DNA of 64,000 nucleotides from an uncultured Acidobacteriota bacterium. Its GTDB lineage: Bacteria > Acidobacteriota > Thermoanaerobaculia > Multivoradales > SZUA-115. Below are positions 56,669 to 64,000 of this stretch, one piece after another. Made by a program: the position numbers and the translations under genes. The notes beneath the pieces are model-generated. The model did not search any database and was not told the origin of the DNA. It saw only the letters and a program-made list of their open reading frames with translations. Where the stretch lies: positions 224,001-288,000 of the forward strand of contig CAWDVR010000006.1 of assembly GCA_963805975.1 (NCBI GenBank), read 5' to 3'. The number at the start of each line of letters is the position of its first letter. Position 1 is the first letter of the stretch.

Positions 56669-59600
56669 TTAGGCGCGCGCGCCGGCCGCGCGCAGCCGCC
56701 ACCAACCCGCCACCATCAGGAGGAGCGCCAGGGCCATGAGCATCCATCCCGAGAGAGTGGGTATCTCGACCCCGGAAGAAGCTCCGACCGGGATAGCGAT
56801 CTCTGCCGTGCACCGCAACTCGGCCGGGCAGCCCAGATCGCCTCCGCCTTGCGTGCTGGCGGAATTGGCCAGCACCTGGCCCTCGGCGCTGGCTTGCGCC
56901 GTGACGGTGATCGAGAGCGGTGTGGAGGCTCCGCCATTCGCTGCCAGGACCTGGGCCGTGGTGCAGGTCACGGTCTGACCGCTGATCGTGCAGCTCCAAC
57001 CCGGCCCGCCGGCACCGTTGACCGCCAACCCGCCCGGCACCGGATCGGTGACCGTGATGATGCCGCTGGTCGCCAGGGTGCCGAGGTTGGTCACCACCAG
57101 CGAGTAGTCGGCGGACTGGCCCACTTCGAGCTCGGCGGGCCCCTGCTTGAGGAGGCTCAAGGCCGGCGCATCGACCGGGGCGCCGGTCGAGTCGTTGCAC
57201 CGCTCCGCTCCCGGACAGCCCGGATCGCCGCCGCCGTCGACGGTCGCCGAGTTGGAGAGCGATTGCCCAGCGGCACCCGGCTGGGGAGTGACGTTGATGG
57301 TGATCGGCGTCGCGGCGCCGCCCCCGGCCGCCAGCACCTGATTGGTGGTGCAGACGACGGTCTGGTTGCCGATCACACAGGCCCAGGCGGGGCCGCTGGC
57401 GTTGTTGATCGTCAGGCCGCCCGGAATGGGATCGGTGATCGTGATGGTGCCGCTGGTCGCCGCCGTGCCGGTGTTGGTCACTTGCAGCACATAGTCCGCC
57501 GGCTGGCCCACCACCAGGGCAGAGGGGCCTTGCTTGACGAGGGCGAGCGCCGGCGCATCGACCGGCGTGCCCGTCGAGTCGTTGCACCGCTCCGCACCGG
57601 GGCAGCCGGGATCACCGCCGCCACCGACGGTAGCCGTGTTGGAAAGGACTTGTCCGTTGGCGCCGGGAAGCGGTGTGACGGTGATCGTGATCAAGGGTGC
57701 CACGCCGCCGTTGGCCGCCAGCTCCTGGCTGGTGGTGCAGGTGACGGTCTGGCCCACGATCGCACAGGCCCAGCCGGTGCCGGTGGCGCTCCCGATGCTC
57801 AAGCCGCCGGGCACCGGATCGGTGACCGTGATGATGTCGAAGGTCGCCGCCGTGCCGGTGTTGGTGACCTCCAGGGTGTAGTCCGCCGGTTGGCCCACCA
57901 CCAGAGCGGCCGGACCCTGCTTGACGATGGCGAGCGCGGGCGCCTGGACCGGGGAGGTGGTGGTGGACCCGCAACGCTCCTCGGCCGGACAGCCGGGATC
58001 GCCGCCGCCGCTCGCGCTGGCCGAGTTCGCGAGCGATTGCCCCTCGGCGCTGGGCAACGGCGTGACGTTGATGGCGATCACCGGCGCCACGCCACCGTTG
58101 GCCACCAGCACCTGCGAGGTGGTGCAGGTGACGGTCTGCCCCGCGACTGCGCAGGCCCAGCCGGCGCCGGTCGCGAGGTTGATGCTCAAGCCGCCCGGCA
58201 CGGCGTCGACCACCGTGATCGTGCCGCTGGTGCTGGCCGAGCCCTGGTTGGTCAGTTGCAACGTGTAGTCCACTGCCTGGCCGACCACGAAGGCGGAGGG
58301 CCCCTGTTTCTCGAGCTCCAGCGCCGGCGCCTCGACCGGCACGGTGAGGCCGCCCCCGCAGCGCGGGTCCGCGGGGCAGTCGGGGTCACCACCGCCGCTG
58401 GCGGTGGCCGAGTTGGCAAGCTGCTGGCCGTTGGCGCTGGCCTGCGGCGTGACATCGATCACGATGTCCGGGGCCTGACCGCCATTCGCCGCCAGCACCT
58501 GCGCCGTGGTGCAGGTGACGGTTTGAGCGGCGATGCCGCAGGTCCAGCCCGGGCCGCCGGCGTTGTCGATGGTCAGACCGGCGGGGACGGAATCGGTGAC
58601 GGTGATGGTGCCCGAGGTGGGGGCCGTACCGTTGTTCGTCACCTCCAGGGCGTAGCTCGCCGCCTGACCGACCACGAAGGCGGAAGGGCCGCTCTTCGCC
58701 AGGGCCAGAGCCGGCGCCTCCACCGGTCCGCTGAAGCTGCCGCTGCATCGCGGCGCGCCGGGGCAGCCCGCATCGCCGCCGCCGCTCGCGGTGGCGGTGT
58801 TGGTGAGCGACTGGCCGTTGGCACTGGCGTCCGGGGTCACGTTGATGGTGATCACGGGCGCCGCGCCGCCGCTCGCGACCAGCACGAAGGGGGTGGTACA
58901 GGTCACGGTCTGGCCCGCCACGTTGCAGGTCCAGCCGCTGCCGCTCGCACTGTTGATGGTCAGGCCGCCCGGCAGGGGATCGCTCACCGTGATGGTGCCG
59001 CTGGTGGCCGCCGTACCGGTGTTGGTCACCTGCAGGGTGTAGTCCGCCGGCTGGCCGACGATCAGGGCGGCCGGCCCCTGCTTCACCAGGGTGAGCGCCG
59101 GCTCGTTGACCGGTGTGGTGACGCCGCTGTTGCAGTGGGAGTCGGCCGGACACGAGGGGTCGCCGCCGCCGCTGGCGCTGGCCGTGTTGGTGACCTGCGT
59201 GCCGCCGGTAGAGGCCTGCGGCGTGACGCTGAGGAGGATGACGGGTGCGGCGCCGCCGTTGGCGGAGAGCACCACGGGCGTGGTGCAGGTGACGGTCTGG
59301 CTGACCACGTTGCAGGTCCAGCCGCTGCCGCCGGCGCTGCCGATGGTCAGGCCGGCCGGCACGGTGTCGGTCACCGTGATGGTGGCGCTGGTGGCCGCGG
59401 TGCCGTTGTTGGTCACTTGCAGCGAGTAGGTCGCCGCCTGGCCGACCACCAGGGCCGGCGGGCCCTGCTTCACCAGGGTCAGGGTCGGGCCGTTGACCGG
59501 GGTCGAGGTGCCGCTGTTGCAACGCGTGGCTGCCGGGCACTCGCTGTCGCCGCCGCCGCTGGCGCTCGCCGTGTTGGCCACCTGCGTGCCGGCGGTGGGG

Positions 59601-61499
59601 GCCTGCGGCGTGACGTTGATGAGGATCGCCGGGGCGGTGCCGCCGTTCGCCACCAGCACCTGAGAGGTGGTGCAGGTGACGGTCTGGCTGACCACGTTGC
59701 AGGTCCAGCCGCCGCCGCTGGCGCTGGCGATGGTCAGGCCGGCCGGCACGGTGTCGGTCACCGTGATCGTGCCGCTCGTGTCCGTGGCGCCGATGTTGGT
59801 CACTTGCAGGGTGTAGGTTGCGGCCTGCCCCACCACGAACGCGGGCGGCGCCTGTTTCGCGAGGCTCAGCAAGGGCGGCTGGAGGATCTGGTAGGTGTGG
59901 GCCGCCACCGCCAGCCCGCAGGTGCTGACGCCGGTGATGGCGATCCCCGCGGAGGGGTTGACCAGCTCCATCTCGATGGTCTCCGGGCCGGGCGGAGTGT
60001 CGGGATCGGGGAGGATCTGGAGCACCGCGGCCAGGCTCACGGCGGTCGCCAGCGTGCCGTCGTAGCTGCCGGCGGGGATGGTGACCACCAGGTTCCCGGC
60101 CGCCGGAACCGTGCTGTAGTCGATGCCGCGCGCGGCCGTGCCGCCGGTGATGGCGATCTCCACCGTCTGGGGCGCCGCCACCACGCCGCTCACCAGCAGC
60201 CGGGGCAGGTTCGCGGTCGGCACGGTCTCCGGCCCGGAGGCGGTCGCGGCGCTGAACTCCACGGCCGCGACCAGCCCGGTGATGCGCACGTCGTCCATCA
60301 GGTTGCCGGCGGCCAGACCGCCGGCCGCGGAGACCGCGGCATAGGAGAGGTTGACCACCTGCGGCCCGCCGGAGCCGTTGGTGTAGCTCGTCTGGTAGCG
60401 GGTCCAGCCATTGGCCTGGGTCGGGTCCTGGGTGCAGCCGGGGCCCGAGACGACGGTGCAGGTATGGGTGCCGCCCGCCGCGTTGTTGTCAGCGACGGTG
60501 ACCCACTGCACGTTGTCGATCAGCAACGCGGCGGTATCGACCCCGGTCCGGCCGCGATGGCGAAAGCTGATGGTGAAGGTCTCCGCCGGGTAGATGCAGA
60601 TCGGTTGCTGCGAGAGTCGCCGCGGGGTTGAACGCGTTGAGCTCGGCGAACTGCAGGCCCTCGGGTGCAGCGACCCCCAGGAAGCCGTTCGACCAGATCT
60701 CGATGTTCCCGCCGGCGCTGTAGGGCGAAGGGCTGGTGTTCGTTTCCGTGGTCGACCACCCCGGCACCACCGATTCCGTTCTCTGGGCGAAAGAGCTGCC
60801 GGGTATGACCGGGAGCTCGAAGCCCGAGTTCGTGAAGGTGCGCACGGCCGGCGGGCCTTCGATCACCTGGATCTCCGCGAGCTGCAACGCCTGCGAGGCG
60901 GCGAGCCGGTAGATGCGGACGTAGCGGGCGGTGTGGGTGCCCGCCTGGAGGTCGAGCGAGCTGTAGTTGGGGCCCGGCCCGGTACCCTGGGGCACTCCGA
61001 CGGCCTGCCCGTTGGCGTAGGTCAGCGAGTTGACGCCGACGTTGGTGAACGCGCTCGACGGGACGGCGGTCAAAGCTCCGGCGAGCACCGCCGGTCGCGA
61101 GGTGGTGAGGATCCAGTTCGAGGCGCCCGCGATGTCGGTGCGGTTCCAGAGCACGATGCGCTCGATGATGTAGTTCTGGCCGAGATCGATCTCGATCCAC
61201 TCGCGGTTCGCACCCGTTGCCGCGGCGGTCGTCTGGCAGCCCTGGGCCACCGTGAAATTGCCGTTGGTGTCGCCATCGGTGCAGGCGGAAGCGGTGGCGC
61301 CGATGTCGGACGACATGGTGACTGGCTTGCCCAGCGCCACGTTGTCGCCCGGCGCCGCCAGGGCCGTGCCCCAGGGCGCCAGCAGCGCCCAGGCTCCCAT
61401 CCAGAGCGCCAGCAGGTGAGCCGGCCGGAAGCTGTGTTGGGAGGACGAGCGGATCGAGCAGCTGGGAGCTCCCGCTGCGGACGTGGCGGCACCTCGCAT
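56669..61499 (-). CDS. Large IPTL-CTERM surface protein: F5/8-type (fucolectin-like) domain, carbohydrate-binding-like domain, Calx-beta-like domain, 8 DUF11 repeats; apparent frameshift near 60620
   Basis: Signal, NVALGKP..W.EIDLG..WNR; AELNAFNPA continues as RLSQQPICIYP..FRHRGR in the frame of ORF 56669..60526; C-terminus EIPTLSGWMLMALALLLMVAGWWRLR. Confidence 0.85.
56790..59880 (-). repeat. Eight intragenic ~387-bp DUF11-type repeats
   Basis: Unit L.L.KQGP....VGQ...Y.L.VTN.G...T.G.ITVTD..P.GL....W.C......VTCTT...N.A...GGGD..C....C repeated 8 times; boundaries approximate. Confidence 0.9.
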
Positions 61500-61629
61500 G
61501 GTCACCCCTCAGAAGACTGCTGAGACATCAATGACGGAAGTCTCTATCACTCTTATGTCGGAGCTAGCAAATTACGTTGGACAAATGGTTAACAGGTGTT
61601 CGCACGGAGTTGTACTGATGTACTTCCGC

Positions 61630-61657
61630 CGCTCGGGATCCGGATGGATCCCGAGCG
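61630..61657 (-). terminator. 12-bp stem hairpin downstream of the CPA2 antiporter
   Basis: CGCTCGGGATCC-GGAT-GGATCCCGAGCG. Confidence 0.45.
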
Positions 61658-61685
61658 AGGACCGGAGCGGCGGGGATGGAAGGGC

Positions 61686-63683
61686 TCAGCCTTGCGCTGG
61701 CAGCTCGGGCCGCCCGCGCTCGAGCAGGGCGAAGGCGCGCTCCACCTCGGCGTGGCTGCCCACCAGCACCAGGCTGTCGCCGGTTGCGAGGGTGAGGTCC
61801 GGGCTGGGATTGGTCTGCGCCTGCTCGTCGCGCACCACGGCGATGATCGTCGCGCCGGTCTTGGTGCGCAGGCCGAGCTCGCGGATGGTGCGGCCGGCGG
61901 CGGCGCTGGCAGCGCCCAGCCGGTAGACCTCGGTGAGCCCCCCGGTGAGCACCGCGAGCAGCTCCTGCGGCAGCTCGCCGCCGAGGGTGCCGGAGCGCAG
62001 CAGCCGGTAGTCGCCGCCGCGCAGCAGGCGGATCTGGGCGGCGATGATGTTGCGCGGCACGTGGAAGCGCTCCAGCACGCGGGTGAAGATCTCGATCGAG
62101 GTCTCGAACTCCTCGGCGATCACCTCGTTGGCGCCGGCCTGCCGCAGGGCGTCGATCTCGTGCACCGCCCGCGTGCGCACCAGGATGTAGAGGTCCGGGT
62201 TGAGCTGGCGCGAGAAGCGCACGCTGCCCTCGACGGCGGTGAAGTCCGAGATGGCGAAGACCACCATGCGGGCGGTCTCGATCGACGCCTGCTCGAGGAT
62301 CTCGCGCCGCGTGGCGTCGCCGAAGATCACCGGCTCGCCGGCGCGCCGGGCGCGGCTCGCGAGCTCACCCGAGAGCTCGATCACCCGGTAGGGGATCCTC
62401 GTCTCCTTGAGCACCCGCGCCAGGTTGCGACCGTTGGTACCGAAGCCGACCACGATCACGTGCCCGGAGAGCGGCTGCCTGGCGAGCGCGGCATCCGCGG
62501 CCGGTGCCGTGGCCCGGGTCGCCCGCTGGACGAGCTCCGCCAGGCGCGGCGCCGCGGCCACCAGGACCGGCGCGGCGACCAGCGTCAGCACCGAGGCGGC
62601 AATCAGATTCTGCTCGAGCCCCGCCGGCAGGAAGTCGAGCCCCTGGCCCACCTTGAGCAGCACGAACGAGAACTCTCCCACCTGCGCGAGCCCCAGGCCG
62701 ACCAGGATCGCGGTGCGCACCGGGAAGCCCAGCAGAGCGACGGCGCCGCCGGCGGCCAGCGACTTGACCACCACCACCGCCACGGCCACTGCGGCGATCG
62801 CGAGCGGGTGGGCGAGGGCGAAAGGCACGTCGAGCAGCATGCCGATCGAGACGAAGAAGACGCTGTTGAACACGTCGCGGAAGGGCGCCACCTCGGCCAC
62901 CACCTGGTGGCTGTAGTCCGACTCCGAGATCACGATGCCGGCCAGGAAGGCACCGAGCGCCAGCGAGAAGTCCAGCATCGAGGTGAGCCAGGCGAGGCCC
63001 AGGCAGGCGAGGAGAGCGCCGAAGAGCAGGATCTCGCGGATGCCGGTGCGCACGAGCTGGTGCAGCAGGCGGGGCATCAGGTAGCGGGCGGCGAGGAAGA
63101 CCAACGCCACGGCGGCCAGCGCGCCCAGGAAGCGCAGCGCGACGCTCAGGAACGAGGCGGGAGCGGCGCCCGCCAGCACCGGTGTCAGCACGATCATCGG
63201 CACCAGCAGGAAGTCCTGGAAGAGCAGGATGCCGATTGCCACCTTGCCCTGCGGCGCCTCGAGCTCGCGGCGGTCGGCGTAGAGCTTGAGCACCACCGCG
63301 GTGCTCGACAGCGCCAGCAGCATGCCGCAGAACAGCGCCTGCGCGAACGGCAGGCCCGCGGCCGTGGCCAGCAGCCAGCCGAGAAGGATGGTGGCCACCG
63401 CCTGCAGCGAGCCGCCGAGGAAGAAGGCGCGGCGGATGTGCTTCAGCCGCTCGGGCGAGAACTCGAGGCCAATGGTGAACAGCAGGAAGACGACGCCGAC
63501 CTCGGCGAAGATCTCGACCTGCTCGGTGTCCGAGACCAGCCCCAGCGCCGAGGGGCCGATCAGCACGCCGGTGAGCAGGAAGCCGACCACCGACGGGATC
63601 TTGAGCTTGTGGCTGATCAGCACCACGGCCGTCGAGGCTGCGAGCAGCACCACGGCGTCGCGAAGGAAGTGGTCGAGGGTCAT
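61686..63683 (-). CDS. CPA2 monovalent cation:proton antiporter with TrkA-N and TrkA-C domains
   Basis: AE.GVVFLLFTIGLEFS, LSSTAVV, LLFQD, AQVGEFSF, VGFGTNG, TGATIIAV.R; ATG 63683 with TACAAT 9 nt upstream. Confidence 0.92.
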   Translation of the reverse strand: MTLDHFLRDAVVLLAASTAVVLISHKLKIPSVVGFLLTGVLIGPSALGLVSDTEQVEIFAEVGVVFLLFTIGLEFSPERLKHIRRAFFLGGSLQAVATILLGWLLATAAGLPFAQALFCGMLLALSSTAVVLKLYADRRELEAPQGKVAIGILLFQDFLLVPMIVLTPVLAGAAPASFLSVALRFLGALAAVALVFLAARYLMPRLLHQLVRTGIREILLFGALLACLGLAWLTSMLDFSLALGAFLAGIVISESDYSHQVVAEVAPFRDVFNSVFFVSIGMLLDVPFALAHPLAIAAVAVAVVVVKSLAAGGAVALLGFPVRTAILVGLGLAQVGEFSFVLLKVGQGLDFLPAGLEQNLIAASVLTLVAAPVLVAAAPRLAELVQRATRATAPAADAALARQPLSGHVIVVGFGTNGRNLARVLKETRIPYRVIELSGELASRARRAGEPVIFGDATRREILEQASIETARMVVFAISDFTAVEGSVRFSRQLNPDLYILVRTRAVHEIDALRQAGANEVIAEEFETSIEIFTRVLERFHVPRNIIAAQIRLLRGGDYRLLRSGTLGGELPQELLAVLTGGLTEVYRLGAASAAAGRTIRELGLRTKTGATIIAVVRDEQAQTNPSPDLTLATGDSLVLVGSHAEVERAFALLERGRPELPAQG

Positions 63684-63761
63684 GCGGCGCGGATTGTACA
63701 GGCGGCCAGAACCCCGCAACTGCTAACCTCGGGGCTCCACGGGATCGGAGGGAAGCTGCCG

Positions 63762-64000
63762 GTGCATGAACTGCCCTTACTGGTGAACATCGCCGTCGCC
63801 CTGCTCGCCGCCTTCGTCGGTGGCCTGCTGGCGCGGAAGGTCGGCGTGCCCACGCTGGTGGGATACCTGCTGGGCGGCATGGCGATCGGTCCTTTCACCC
63901 CCGGCTTCGTGGGCGACCAGGACGCCATCGGCCAGCTCGCCGAGCTGGGCGTCATCTTCCTGATGTTCGGTGTCGGCCTCCATTTTTCGATGAAGGACCT
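63762..64000 (+). CDS. CPA2 antiporter (YbaL-like), 5' part only
   Basis: GGAGG RBS, GTG 63762; GPFTPGFVGD...QLAELGVIFLMFGVGLHFS; runs off the window and is absent from the ORF track. Confidence 0.88.
   Translation, partial: MHELPLLVNIAVALLAAFVGGLLARKVGVPTLVGYLLGGMAIGPFTPGFVGDQDAIGQLAELGVIFLMFGVGLHFSMKD

Noticed and set aside
56790-59880. Regular repeats as a CRISPR array or DGR/shufflon cassette
   Set aside because: The units are ~387-bp in-frame protein domains with no spacers, and no cas, reverse transcriptase or recombinase is nearby.

Overview
Very GC-rich bacterial chromosomal window. The IPTL-CTERM surface protein and the M23-secA pairing suggest Acidobacteriota, possibly Thermoanaerobaculia; this is inference. 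From left to right: a ChuX/HutX-led heme/iron ABC uptake operon with a Fur-box-like site; secA and an M23 peptidase; two large tandem paralogous secreted multidomain proteins; an S10 peptidase/mini Zn-peptidase/MATE operon; an HTH-VapC toxin-antitoxin pair; comM/yifB. Next is a ~31 kb surface-glycan region (21.6-53.1 kb) encoding its own PAPS supply (sat-cysC, cysQ), two PAPS-dependent sulfotransferases, an arylsulfotransferase, Wzx/Wzy/Wzz-like proteins, nucleotide-sugar enzymes and several multi-TM glycosyltransferases, i.e. a candidate sulfated exopolysaccharide or glycoconjugate system. Embedded in it on the opposite strand is a four-gene cassette: an MMPL/RND transporter, a small membrane-anchored protein and two paralogous secreted beta-rich proteins that share a duplicated sigma70 promoter and a conserved structured leader. 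The right end holds a ParE TA pair, fhs, an AttH/CrtC-like lipocalin, a large DUF11-repeat IPTL-CTERM adhesin and two divergent CPA2 antiporters. Three apparent single-base frameshifts (~38468, ~50411, ~60620) may be assembly errors. No rRNA, tRNA, CRISPR array, integrase or transposase was recognised. All calls come from reading motifs by eye; no database searches were run.
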